Shown one piece after another: positions 12,031-25,519 of a stretch of DNA of 64,000 nt (positions are counted from its first letter, which is position 1; each line of letters opens with the position of its first letter). The stretch comes from Eledone cirrhosa (taxonomy: Eukaryota). The stretch is from assembly GCA_964016885.1 (NCBI GenBank), contig OZ024743.1:296608001-296672000 (forward strand), read 5' to 3'. Position numbers and translations under genes: made by a program. The notes beneath the pieces were generated by a model, which saw only the letters and a program-made list of their open reading frames with translations, was not told the origin of the DNA and did no database searches.

Positions 12031-13344
12031 AAAATGTTGTTGAATTAGTATTTAATCAATGAACGATGATGTAATTAGATTTAGTCACTCGATGTCCATA
12101 ATTAAAGATTTCATCGAACATAATGCATTCAAAGAATAGAACGAACTTAAACTAGAAAAAGAGTCATACAAAAAAAAGAAACCATATGAAAAGGCGTTGG
12201 AACCAATTACTGAACCAAATAAAACAAGCACACTGGAAAACCTTAAGGAGTGAAAAATGTAGTGGACACGTATGAACATTGGTGGAGGAAACAACACGTT
12301 ACGAGGTGCACAAATGAAACATGGATTACAGGTTAAAATATAGTCTAGATAGATGAGAAACAAAACAATGATGTAGTTTATGGAACACCCAAATGATTTA
12401 GAAGTCGACCTTAAGTAGGAGCAATAACATTAAGAAAGATATGAACAAAACAACATCATTTTGTTTTGAAAATTTTGAAAGTACTTTTATAAGTATGAAT
12501 TTTCACACGATTTTCGTAGTTTGTTTCAGTGGACTAGCGGTAGGTACAAGAGAGGATGAAGATCCTGGTCTTGGGTTCAATCCTGATCAAGAGGTAATCT
12601 ATATCAGTTTTTATTTTACAACGCATAGAAAAAAAAACTGAAAAGGTTTATCGGGAACCCTAATACCGACCAGAATCGAACTTAACACCAGGCTTACTTC
12701 CGTCTATGATTCCTCCAACAAGGCCGCCAAGACAGCTACAAAGGTATACTTAAAATTAATAATTATAAAGCTACTTTCAAAATCAAAGTTAAAAAGATGT
12801 CGTTCATGGCTTTCCTAGAGCTATTGGTCATATTTAGGGTCGACTTGTCAATCTTCCGGCTCTTTAGTAACAACCTTATTATTCCTATGTGTGTTTAACT
12901 GTTAAATTTATTTAATTTGATTATTTTAACAAACAAATAATATATATATATATATATATATATATTATTTTTTTGTTAAAATAATCAAATTATATACACA
13001 ATGGCGGACTGGCCATGTTGCCAGGTTGCCCAATGGCAAGTGGGCACCAGGGGGCCCACGGTAGCATTGCAGGGCCCACTGTAGTATTTTATGGGCCAAT
13101 GCTTAGCTTTCAAAAAATACCTGTAGTCTAAGAGAAAGAATAACATGTTTTTTTTTTAATAAATAAAACAATTAAGCAAAGCATTTGGTCAACCAATTCC
13201 CCAGGGAATTAATAGAAACCCAAATATATGATAGTGCAAATAGCTGGAATCAGTGGCTGTACATTCTACTAAATCTAAAGCTTAGTGTATTCATTCATGT
13301 ATGCAGACATACACATATAGACATATAGACACGCGCACACACAA

Positions 13345-13427
<83 letters not shown>

Positions 13428-13428
<1 letters not shown>

Positions 13429-13640
13429 AAGGCGGGTAAAATTCCCGAGATCCATGGACGAGTTCTCTCCAGCGGTCTCTGTCCCTCATTATCGCTGCCA
13501 TATCCTGCATCTCCAACAGACCAGTGTCTGTCCTTAGGGCATCAACATATGTTAACCTTGGTCTTCTTCTTCTAGTGTGTCCATGTAGGGGCTCCCAAAG
13601 GAGCACTGAGTGCAATGTCAACTCTGGATGTCGGTGAGCA
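13428..13640 (-). pseudogene. RTE-like LINE 3' fragment between (TA)n tracts
   Basis: VLLWEPLHGHTRRRRPRLTYVDAL..DTGL...MRDRDRWR. Confidence 0.7.
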
Positions 13641-13673
13641 TATATATATATATACACATCTATACATACACAT

Positions 13674-13760
<87 letters not shown>

Positions 13761-13767
<7 letters not shown>

Positions 13768-14261
13768 TAAAACATGTCTATAGAATCACCAGATAAAATA
13801 TATACCGTTTCCTCTCCCAATTAGCATAATTAACCATATAAAAAAATCAATTAGATCAAGCTATAAGAATAAAGGCTCCTATGAAGAAATCTCCGACAAA
13901 TAACCGAAAGCAGAGTATTTATCGAATATTTCGACAGCATGTATTAATCGACCAGATATACAGTCAACTAAACAGAATTAGGTGTAAAATAAACTAGAAG
14001 AAAAGTGTACATATTTAATTACCTCTACCATGGTTTCGTCCGCATTTTAAGACATCCGATAACATATCATATCTAGAGCTTCGGATTCTTCAGGAGTTAG
14101 CTCAAATTTAGACAATTAAGTTTCCAAAGTGATCGCGTATATATTTTATCTGGTGATTCTATAGACATGTTTTATGATATATAGCTCTGATTATTTGATT
14201 TAATTTATTAATTCTTCATTGAGCCACAAAGTGACCCGTTGCAAAACACATATATATCTAT

Positions 14262-14323
<62 letters not shown>

Positions 14324-14995
14324 CTTTATATGTAATAATCTCCCGTTAGGTTGAGATACAATTTGGCTGTATTTGGCTGCGCTTTCTAGCAAAAAGCCTA
14401 CCAGCCGTAAGCAACTAATCACATCCTTTCTAACTTGACCGCTGCCACGTCACGATTCTTAGCCATTTTTTTATGTATTCTTGGCGCGATCACTGGAAAA
14501 TTAATTATCTAAATTTGAGCTAACTCCTGATGAATCCGAAGCTCTAGATATCCTATGTTATCGGATGTCTTAAAATACGGACGAAACCATGGTAGAGGTA
14601 ATTAAATATGTACACATTTCTTCTAGTTTATTTTACACGTAATTCTGTTTAGTTGACTGTATATCTGGTCGATTTATACATGCTGTCGAAATATTCGATA
14701 AATACTCCGTCGTAACCACCGCGAAGGGGCTGCTTTCGGTTATTTGTCGGAGATTTCTTCATAGGAGCCTTTATTCTTATAGCTTGATCTGATTGATTTT
14801 TTATATGGCTAATTATGCTAATTGGGAGAGGAAACGGTATATATTTTATCTGGTGATTATATAGACATGTTTTATGATATATAGCTCAGATTATTTGATT
14901 TAATTTATTAATTCTTCATTGAGCCACAAAGTGACCCGTTGCAAAACACATATATATCTATGACTTTATATATATATATATATGTAAACCTTTAT
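13761..14995 (+). mobile_element. fold-back plus terminally redundant element H4
   Basis: 13761-14137 is the inverted copy of about 14484-14882. About 14138-14330 is directly repeated at about 14838-14995. Flanked by (TA)n. Confidence 0.85.
14522..14598 (+). ncRNA. type I hammerhead ribozyme with extended stem II (inverted copy at 14021-14098, core CTGAAGA)
   Basis: CTC-CTGATGA-aTCCG...AGATATCC...GGATGTCT...CGGAc-GAAA-CCATGG-TA-GAG. Palindromic stem III ACCATGGT, GUA triplet. Confidence 0.78.
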
Positions 14996-15055
14996 ATATA
15001 TATATATATATATATGTACATACACACATACATATACATACATATACATATATAG

Positions 15056-15094
<39 letters not shown>

Positions 15095-15105
15095 CATATA
15101 TATAT

Positions 15106-15201
<96 letters not shown>

Positions 15202-15203
<2 letters not shown>

Positions 15204-15348
15204 GTTATTCCGGGTTGAATCGGAGGTAACCACAGTAAGTAAGGTACTCAATACATAGCAGAATATAAAAGTGTTAATATAGATGAGATTCTACAGGACT
15301 AGTTTCATTCTTTAGAAATCATTCTTTAGAAATCATCAGGAATCCCTG
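15202..15348 (-). mobile_element. family H2 copy with hammerhead motif at 15287-15344
   Basis: Minus strand GATTC-CTGATGA-(tttctaaagaatga duplicated)-GAAAC tagtcct GTA-GAATC. Lies between (TA)n tracts. Confidence 0.65.
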
Positions 15349-15367
15349 ATATATATATATATATATA

Positions 15368-16556
15368 TAAATTTTGAGTATATGTTGGTTGTTTACCGAC
15401 ACCTCAGTATGCAGATTGATGCACTCTACGAAGTATGCAGGTTGGTTTGTTTACTCCGGAGTAATGTAAAATAAAATAAGTAAGTCAAATATGTAAAATT
15501 TGGCTTCGTTTATTATAAATTATAGATAAACTGCTATATATATTTTGGTGACAGCCATGCTGTGACCTCTTTAGGCAGTCCGAGTTGGTGTGGAAAAGAC
15601 AGGTACACATGCTGTGTTTCACTTTGTTAATACATCGATATGTCCAGCTCCTCGGTGTGTTGTTAGTCCTCCAAGGAACTGGAATCATATGGGCTAGAAC
15701 AAACGAATTTCAGCATCATAGGACACGCTCATATCCCATTGGTCAGTTGTGAGACCACTCCTCGGTCAAAAGAAATTCTTCTGAGGCAGGTCAGCCTGTT
15801 ATAATTGTTTTTTTTTTCAGAATGTTTAATTACAGCTGACCTCCTTCACTGTGTTGGTAGTGTTAGTGGTGTTAAGATGTCAGTTAGCAGGTCAACTTTA
15901 GTATGCTGCATTTATTGTCTGAAATATTTGTGTGTAGGCTGGCATCTATCCTACCACCATTTCATTTGGTGGGGGATGCCAAACAAATAAAGAATGCATG
16001 TGTGTTACAACCAATATCAAAAATTTTGAAAGATATAAATTTAAATAAAATAAAAAACCTGTGTCAGAATCGAGAAGTGTAAATATTTACAATTCTTATT
16101 CTAGCATATAGTATGGAGTATGTACGTGTGAGTGTCCGTCAGCGCGCACTGTTGCGCGTGCACACGTATAAACACAGGCTCGGTGCATTCACCTATTTAT
16201 GTCCACACAGTCTAACAAAAGATGGGTGCGTTTTAAAAACAAATGAGGTAAAAGTGGAATGAAAAATACCATAAAACCTGTGTGTCAAAATCCAGAAGTG
16301 TAAAGGACTACAATTCTTATTTCAGCACTACCAACACAGTGAAGGAGGTCAGCTGTACTTAAACATTCTGACAAAAACAATTATAACAGGCTGATCTGCC
16401 TCAGAAGAGTTTCTTTTGACTGAGGAGTGAGTGGTCTCACAACTGACCAATGGGATACGAGCGTGTCCTATGACGCTGAAATTCGTTTGTTCTAACTAAT
16501 GTGATTCCAGTTCCTCAGGAGCTGGACAAATCGATGTATTAACAGAGTGAAACACA
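15368..16556 (-). mobile_element. older H3-related element with an inverted partial copy
   Basis: 15368-15690 is homologous to 8672-8982. About 15612-15863 is inverted at about 16325-16556. The hammerhead at 15530-15579 has a mutated core (CTAAAGA/AAAA). Confidence 0.75.
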
Positions 16557-16570
16557 CTTCAACAACATGT

Positions 16571-16603
<33 letters not shown>

Positions 16604-16690
16604 GTAAAAGGTAAACAGAAATAACAACACAATCGGTACAGTATATGGAAGGTATATATTAGGTAAACGCTTGATATAGCAAGAAGGGGG

Positions 16691-16726
16691 TCTTAACGTT
16701 TCGGACGCTAGTCCTTCATCAGAAGA
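16691..16726 (-). ncRNA. minimal type I hammerhead ribozyme, family H5
   Basis: Minus strand TCTT-CTGATGA-aGGAC(tagc)GTCC-GAAAC-GTT-AAGA. Loopless palindromic stem III (AACGTT) typical of dimeric minimal hammerheads. Related motifs at 45475-45501 (+) and a truncated one at about 9010-9030 (-). Confidence 0.72.
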
Positions 16727-17769
16727 AAGAATGAGAAATAAAATAGATTGAGGGGACGGGAGGGTTGGAAATATATATATATATATATATAAGTATGCAA
16801 AAAGCTAACAGAAATAACAAAACAAACGACACAGTACAATGAATATATGAATAGATATAAATATAAAAAGCACTTCGTCTTTCTGAAATTGAGCGACTTA
16901 TATAATTTCATCTAGCTTCAAAAAAAGAATGCAAGTTACTATTTTCAAAAGGAGCCTTAGCTGGTTTGAATACCAGCAACAAACGAGACCAGCCAACCAA
17001 ACTTTGCGCTAGGTTGTGGAGGCAAAGGAAAGCGAGGAGGAACTAAAATGAATTGGCAGCAGAACACATTGTAAAATCTACGACTGTTGAACAAGGAATG
17101 TAAAGTTGTATCTACCCTGGCTGGATTGCTCAGAGTGCCTCATTCGTCTCGAGGCGTAGAAGATTCTAAGTAATTTTCAAGGGAAGTCACTCGTCAAAAT
17201 GTTTTTTGGAGTTATCTCACGGGAGGAAAAAATTTACATCATTTAATAAGTGGAGTTACTTCCCCTAACAAAACAAAAAAAAAGGACCTTTGTAAAAATA
17301 TTATACGAGTTGGAGAATATACTTCCTCTTGGTTATCAATATGTTCACGAAAGGCTATATTGCCAGCCCACCAAGAAAATATATTGTTGTGCTTTTTTGG
17401 GGGCTTTTTTTGTTGAATAAAACCTAGTAAGGAAAATTGGGTGGACAAAAACGGAGAGTATTCATTGCGTCCTTTAATGTGTGTAAATGTAAACATATCT
17501 GAGAAGCCTTCCTCATATGTATGCTCCTATAGATTTTGTTAAACTATATACATAATAAGGTTGACAAACAAATCACAATTTGTAATTTGTTGGACTAGTA
17601 TTTAATGAGCAACAAACTTTGACATACGTAAAAAAAAGATAGAACTACCGCTGGAGTCCATACATATTGCAAAGCCCACTGGGAAACTTTTCTGATGCAC
17701 AGTTAAATACCAAGTCCACAGTAAATGAACACAGTTAAAAGTTCGTCTTTTATAATCCTGCTCAACACT

Positions 17770-18950
17770 TTGTATTTGACACAGTCTGAACTTGTTAAGT
17801 GTAAAAGCATCGGAATGTGATCCTCAAATCCTTTCCTGGTTTGACTTTGTACTGTTTTTTCTCAGCTTCTGCACATTGCTGGAATGTTCTGGCATTATTT
17901 TTGAGGAAGAGTTACATTATGCTAAAATGTCTATCTCACATGAGATGATCAGAACATTTAGATGCTCTAACTGCTTTTTATGGACATTCAAGCTGCCTTG
18001 GATGCCTTTGCAGTTGATGCTGGTGAGAAGAGGCATATAGATGGAAGGCAGAAGGTCGGAGTAATAAAATGGGTGAGCCAGAGACTAACTTTTTGACAAT
18101 TATTTTTAGAAACTATGAACAAAATAAGTAAAATCTTGGTAGTCACCAGATATGGACATACCACATGTCTCTAAAAGCCTAGTGCGGATGCAGCTGGGTT
18201 ACATCGAAAAGAAATGTGTTTGCAATCATAAGATTCAAACTGAAACTGTGTGGGAGCCCAATGGATGGGCTATACTTGTAATTCAAAGGGCCAGCCTTGT
18301 CACACAATGTGCTATACTGAATCTCCCTGAAAACTACATAAAGGGTGCACGTGTTTAGGAAATGCTCAGCCACTTGTACATTAATTTTACATGTAGATTG
18401 TTCCTTTGATCAAAATGTTAGAACACTCATGATCAAAACTGATGATTATGAAATGAAGGCCAAAAGCAGATGTACAGAAAGTGACATATATGTCTTACTA
18501 TATATGATGGTTCAGGAGAACTTCTTTTTCTGCTGCTGCTGCTACTACTACTGCTACTGCTGCATCTCCCCCTATGCACAGTCTCACATTCTATCTAGTG
18601 CTCAGGGGAAGTTGTCATACTTTGCCACAACTGAAGGGTCCACACAACCCTTTGTTTGGCAGGTTTTCTACAGCTGAATGCCCTTCCTATCACCTCATTT
18701 CAGATAAGTTCATAAGTGTGTTCCCAAATGTTAAAATCGCACTTCAAATATTTAAGTACATAATGTGGCAGTGTCTAATTGTACAAAGAAGCTTTCATTT
18801 TCCCAGTTAAATCTTACAAAGAATTATCTTCACAACACATTGAGACTGTATCAGTTGAATATGCTTTCCTTAACATTATTGAAAGTGATATTCTCAACAA
18901 CATAAACTTTCAACCGATGGTGAAGTAATTTTCTGCAGTTAAAAACTTCA
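17770..18950 (+). pseudogene. hAT transposase remnant, interrupted
   Basis: Across frameshifts: HSLNLLSVKASEC...TLYCFFSASAHCWNVL (about 17780-17890) and FPNVKIALQIF...VSNC...SFSQLNLTKNYLHNT...IIESDIL (about 18720-18900), the hAT C-terminal dimerisation motif. A hAT-like terminus CAATGGCGGACTGGCC lies at about 12999. Confidence 0.65.
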
Positions 18951-19298
18951 AATTTCCTAGCTAAAATACTTAATTATAACACGATGAAGTGAGAGGATTA
19001 GAGGTACCAGAACATTGCTTTGGCTGAGACCTCAAAAATATATATTACAGCCACACCACCTATCCATTAATGCCTTTAACAGAGCCCATTCTCTTGCATG
19101 CATTCAGGCCAGGTCTCTGATTTGGAGGTACCTTCCTCTTTCTTTCCCTCCCACCTTGGGTGAATGAATGGCATGATTCAGAGAAAAGGCAAAGCCATTA
19201 CATCTATGAGGGACAGCCAGAGGCAAGGCTTGCATTTGCCAAGAGAGCCAGCAAGGTTAAACTGAAAATCATTAATGGGTTCCCATACCACTTGTAGC

Positions 19299-19586
19299 TC
19301 ATCATCATCATCACCGTTTTACGTCCACGCTAGTATGGGTTAGACGGGTTGTTCTGTTGTGAGAAGTAGCCGGTCGGCTGACCATGCCTTGCTTATACGG
19401 GAACTGATTCTGGCTTGATTTCTACAGCTGGATGCCCTTCCTAACACCAACCTCATTTACAGTCAGTGCTGGGTGCTTTTTTCCGTGGCACCTACGTCCA
19501 CTTTACAGTGTGGACTGGGTGCTTTTTTGCTGTGGCACCTCCACAACGACTTTGCAGTGGGAGGGTGTGGGGGCATATTGTCTATA
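19299..19586 (-). mobile_element. RTE 3'-UTR-derived short element with (GAT)n tail
   Basis: Nearly identical to the 3' UTR of the RTE at 57369-57633. Similar copies at about 21660-21950, 44150-44315, 49835-50225, 51400-51630, 51980-52145 and 56330-56500. Confidence 0.8.
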
Positions 19587-22514
19587 AGCTCAATCAACAA
19601 CAAAGCAGATGAAGAACATCAACACATTTAAAACCTCATGTATGAGAATATTGCAGGGTATTAAATGCTTTGATCCCATATCAAATATTGATTTATCTAA
19701 AGAGACAGAAACATCACCCCTCTTTCTACATAGTCATTTTCTGTCAGATTCTTGCTCAGATTCTTGGGTAACTTATTGCGACTCCTAGAAACCAATTATA
19801 TATGTGCAAATACATAATATACATCCTATGACATGGTATTAAGAAGCCAGGTCAGCAGAAGTTACAATATCTAAAGCAAGCCTTCCAAAATCCAATGTCA
19901 CATAAAAATTCAAGGGGTCACGAATAAAATGAAGAATTTTTATTATTTTACATTCCAGCTTTAGGATGATTATTTGCTGGTTATTGCAATTTTTCTGGCA
20001 AGAAATAAAACTGTGATTGTGCATTTAAAAACAAATTCCCAAATTTCAAATTTAATAACAATGCCAAAAAATTATGTTATATTAAAATAATGGTTTCTGA
20101 TTTAGGCACAAGTTCAACAATTTGTGGGGAAGAGAAAGTCTATTAAATCGACCTCAGTGCCTTACTGATACTTTATTTTACTGATCCCATAAAGGCAGAG
20201 TTAACCTTGGCAGGATTTAAACTCAGAACATAAACAGGCATAACTATGCCATGAAGCATGTTGTCCGATACTCTACCAATACTTCCAACCCACCACCCTT
20301 GTTATATTAAAATGACACAACGTCCTCTTACTAAATGCCGAGGTCATGACAGATTTCTTTTAGGGAAATGGAGTCATAATTTAAAGAATTTGGCAAGGCC
20401 TTATCTAGAACACGCCCAGGTGACCAAAACTGGCTGATGGGACAAGAGTATATCATCATGTTGACCCAGTATTGTTTCAGGTGAACAACAACTGTAGCTG
20501 TCTGTGCATCTGCCACAAGATGATGGTGTAGTATGAAAGATATCTATATCTTTATTTTATTCAGCACATTCTCTACATTCACAGAATATAGTTGAGTCAT
20601 AGGTGAAGAATTGGCAGAGTCATTAAACATCAAATAGAATGCTTTGTGGTATTCGTTTTGGCTCTCTGCTCTCTGTGTTCAAATACCACCAATATCAACT
20701 TTGCTTTTCATCTATTCAAGGTTGATAAAAAAAGTACCAGTCTAGTACTGGGATCAATTCTTACTCTATATCTTTTTCTCACTTCCATTCTCTCATACTC
20801 TATCCTTATCTGGAAGAAATTTGTTGTAATCAGACCTGGAGAGGAGATAGACTCTGCCAGGTTTTAAAATGCCTTAAGAAAAGCTGTATGTCAATATGGG
20901 GCCCTTACACCTCTACAACTAAATATGAAATTTTTTATCCAAGAAGTATCATAATCTTTTCCATCTCCAAGGGTAATTTGCCTAATTTTCTTACCTATTA
21001 TTTACACTGATCAAATATTATTATTAGGATGATTTGGCACTAGAGCATCAGACACCATGCTTTGCAGCATAGAGTTATGACCCTTTACGTTCTGAGTTGG
21101 AATCTCGCCAAAGTTAACTTTGCCTTTCGTCCTTACAGGATCGATAAAATAAAGCACCAGTAATACACTAGGGTAATTGCTGGCCTTGTACCAAAAGTAG
21201 AAACAATTATTAGTATGATATGTTTTATGATGCACACATTCCAACTTAATGTTACTGACTTGATACAGATGATAGGTAAAATTAAGCCTAGGATTTGAAC
21301 TCGGAGCATACAAGAGCAAAACCAATCCCTGTAAAGTATGTTGTTGTTATGGAGCACACCTTGCATGTTTAGCCAGCCCTCTTATGAGGATGCAACTCAC
21401 AGAGTCAGAACAGATGCCATAAAGTATTGAGTTTGACCCTCTAACAATTCTGCTGACACTCTTCCCTGAACTAGTACTTTGTTTATCAAACACAAAAGGA
21501 TGAATAGCAAAGTTGACTTCAGCAGGATTTGAACTGAGGATGCAGAAAGCCAAAATGGATACTGAGTGATATTTAACCCAATGCTTTAGTGTGTCTGCCA
21601 ATTTACCACCTGAACATATTGTAAATTTTATTTACATAAATTATCAAAATATTAATACTGTAAAGTGGTTGTGTTGGTGATATGACAAAAAGCACCCAGG
21701 GTACCCTGCAATGTGGTCATGTTGGTGTCATGACAAAAAAGTGCCCAGTCCATGCTGTTAAGTGGTCAATTTAATGCCATGATAAAAAGCACCCAATTCA
21801 TTCTGTAAATATGGCTGGCGTTAGGGCATCCAGCCATAGAAACCAAGCTAGAAACAGTTCTGTGTGAGCAAGACACGGTCATTGGATCTGTCTTGTCTCA
21901 CAACGGGACAACTTGCATGGAAAAATGGACGTTAAATGGTGATGATGATAACAATTTACTGACATAATGTAATCAGAGGAAAAAAAAAGGAAGAAAATAT
22001 ATATCAACGAAAAAAAGTGGGAAAAGACACACACACTTAATTACATACCACAACAGGAATTGTTGGAGTTTCCATCTAATATTTGACATAAGCCAAGGCA
22101 CTCACAAGGCTAAGGCACTAGAATAACCAATCATCCTTGTAAATGATACATCGATAATGTGAGCCACCAATAGTGACAAGAACCTCATTGTCAGTAGCTT
22201 AACTTTCTCAAGTGGAATGAATGACACAAACTGAAAACAATAGTTTACTGACAATTACTTGTATTTTAGAATTTGATTCCATTTGACTACACATACAGTG
22301 AACTTCCCCTTCACTGCAACATCTAAAATGTGAGAAGGTGCAAAAAAGTGATTAAATGTGGTGTTACAAATGAAGCATCTACCTCTAAACCAGGAGCAAA
22401 GATTAAAAGGATCTGGCCTTTTCTCATCAGCCATTGAGAATCCAGCTGACTACAAAACTGGGAGGATATTGATTCTGCCAGGGCATGCTTAATTATTATC
22501 ATTATGATAAATAA

Positions 22515-22820
22515 AATCCCGCCGAGGTTGACTTTGCCTTTCATCCTTACGGGGTCGATAAAATAAAGTACCAGTAATGCACTGGGTAATTGCTGGCCTT
22601 GTGCCTAAAGTAGAAACAATTATGATAAATGAAGGCGGTGGATTGACAGTATCAGTAGAGGGTCGGACGCCATGCTTTGATGCAAAGAGTTACGTCCTTT
22701 TACGATCTGAGTTCAAATCCCGCCGAGGTTAACTTTGCCTTTCATCCTTACGGGGTCGATAAAATAAAGTACCAGTAATGTACTGAGTAATTGCTGGCCT
22801 TGTGCCAAAAGTAGAAACAA
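22515..22820 (+). mobile_element. two tandem SINE family A copies (truncated plus full)
   Basis: Consensus matches. Target sequence ATTATGATAAAT occurs three times (about 22501, 22619 and 22820). Confidence 0.85.
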
Positions 22821-24259
22821 TTATGATAAATGAAACAGCCTACATTTAGACTGCAAGATCCATAGAGTAGAGAAGCATGTCACACCAACATTTAAATCCC
22901 CCACAAACATCAGCTCTGACTCTGAACATGATGGAGATGTGGAGCTCATCCAGGCTGAATAGGCCACCAGTCCCCTTTGAATTTTGCACTCGCAGAAAAT
23001 AAGTAGCTCCTTGAGTATAGGTTGAAATTATCAAAAATAGAGAAAAAAATATCTCTTGAACATAATGTGTCTCTGCTTCAATTTATTCTACTCCACACCT
23101 GGAACTGACAAACCCAGGTACAATAGTAGACCTTAATACACCTCCTTATTGGAGTTAGTCCATGCAGGAAAAATGTTATTAACTTCAGCATATTTTCTAC
23201 ATCTGCTGCTCCACTGCCTTCCCAAACATAATCATATCTTTAGTCTTGTCAGGTTGACTCAATAACTAACAATGAAATCAATAAGTGGGTCATTTTCCAC
23301 CTCAAATACCTTGAAAATTAATCCACAGCTAATTAATCTAGAACTGAGTCTATATTTAACAGCTGCTATTCAAAGACAAAATTACAAGGTTATATTTTAC
23401 TCAACATTTTCTATAAATATTCACAACAATATAAGTGAAATATAGATTTATAATTAGATTGAAGTGATCACTTTGAAGAATTAAACTTCTTCTCTACAAA
23501 ATAAATTCAGCCAACCATATTTATATCATATAATGTGTTGGAATGATGGATGGATGGATAGATGGTTCCATAACACCTGAGGGAGTCATAGGGTGTTGTA
23601 TTAACATACAGCATTTCTAGGGCATTTTTAAACCTGGCGAAGCCCATCTCATCTCCATGTCTGAATACAGCAGATTTCATCCAGAGAAGAATAGAGAGTG
23701 AGAGAATGGAAGTAAGAAAGAGATATAGAGGAAGAATCAACCCCAGTACTTGACTGGTACATTTTTATTGACCATGAATGGATGAAAGCCAAAGTTGATT
23801 TTGGTGGGATTTGAACTCAGAGAGCAAGGAGCTAGAACAAATATAGCAAAGCATTCTATCCAACATTTTAATAACTATGCCAATTCCCTGCCTATTGGAA
23901 TGATATCTGGTGATAGAATATAAAATATAAAATATACATATTCTTTAGGTTGATGTCACTGTATACCACACAATTAGTCAGAGGACTTTTTCATAGAAAA
24001 GCAAATTGGTTAAACACCCAATTAACCAAAAATACATTAGTCAACATCAAAAAACATTTGTCGAAAAATGTCTAGAAAAACAGAAATACATCTAAACTTA
24101 ATGATGATAGTTTTTTTTAAAGAACTTATTTCAATATTGAACTAATAAGGATAAATTATTTTTTCAATATATATTTTCAATTTATTTTCAGGCTATTAAA
24201 TTTGGTGTTTTTTTTTTAATAAGAAAATATATGTAAACAGAAATACATCGAAACTTAAT

Positions 24260-24291
<32 letters not shown>

Positions 24292-25519
24292 AGTGTGCAT
24301 GTGTGTGTGTGTTACATGTAACATAAAACATAGAATAAACACTTGAATATCTTAATTTCTTTTCTGGTAATCATCATCATTTTACGTCCGCTTTTCCCTG
24401 GTTGCAAGGGTTATCAATAATAATGCTCACTAAACTAGATACTCAACCACAAACTTTATGGATGGAATACAGACTCCAACTATGAGTTAAATTGCCTCAC
24501 CAACCCACAATTGACTGAGTGTGGTGAGTATAGCTACACCACTGACATGACTAAAACCAACCGGAAAGTAGTAGAGATCAACCAATGAGGGGTTCCTCCA
24601 ACAGAGTGAGAAGGTCCAGGATTGGATTGGATGGACAGTTTTGGAAGTATAGAACAAAGAAGCGAATATTTTTGTTTTTTGTATTCGTCTTGCAAAATTC
24701 CTCATTATAGTGTATCCAGTTAAGAACAAGTACAGTGTCCTTATATGTCATAAGAGGTGACTAAAAGGGTTTCTACAAGGAAAGCTATCCAACCATAAAA
24801 CATTGCCTCAAACAGGACTTTATGAACGATATACAGCTTGTTATGAGGCCTGCAATGCCAACCTCCTAATTTAGCAAGGAAGACAGCTTTAAAGTACTTG
24901 TTTGCAAAATCTGTCATGTGAAATTGAGGGTTGAAACATATTGCTGTACTTTTGGAGGGTTATACTGGTTGTTTTCACTTCAGATTTATTACCTAATTAA
25001 ATAATTAGTTAATTCATCATTTCATTGGTCTCTGGGAAGATGGAATAAGTGCTGGAGAAGGGGAAGTGCATGAGGGACACATTAACATCAATGAAGTCAC
25101 AGGCTGTGATTAAAGGATTTTGACAAAATGATTTATCAATAGATTGCAGCCAGTGTATATATTTATTAATAATATGACCCTCCCAAAGTACAATAAAGAC
25201 ATGAATAATTCTGATAGTTGAGGCGTGGGAACATTTTTTGTGAGAAATATATGACTACTGTCATAGTTCTCAATCGCTGTAGAATAAAGTACTTGCCCTT
25301 ATTTGTCTCCACTCCTACTTCACAGTTCAGTGGCAACCAGTTATTGTTTACACAACCTTCTCTGACTAAGCCGTATCCTGTATATTTTTATCAAGACTGT
25401 GTACCCCATTCACTTTTTTTTTCAGTCCAAATCAAATGTTTGATATTTCTTTAAAATACAGAATTTATTAAGTTAGAACACAGAGTATCCCCATACTTTT
25501 TGTTCTAACTTAATAAATT

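Noticed and set aside
24540-24775. Repeat with GTCATAAGAGGTGACTAAAAGGG, related in inverted form to 26650-26900; possible LINE 5' ribozyme
   Set aside because: Only one small hairpin is evident and I could not build a full ribozyme fold. Treated as a decayed LINE-associated repeat.
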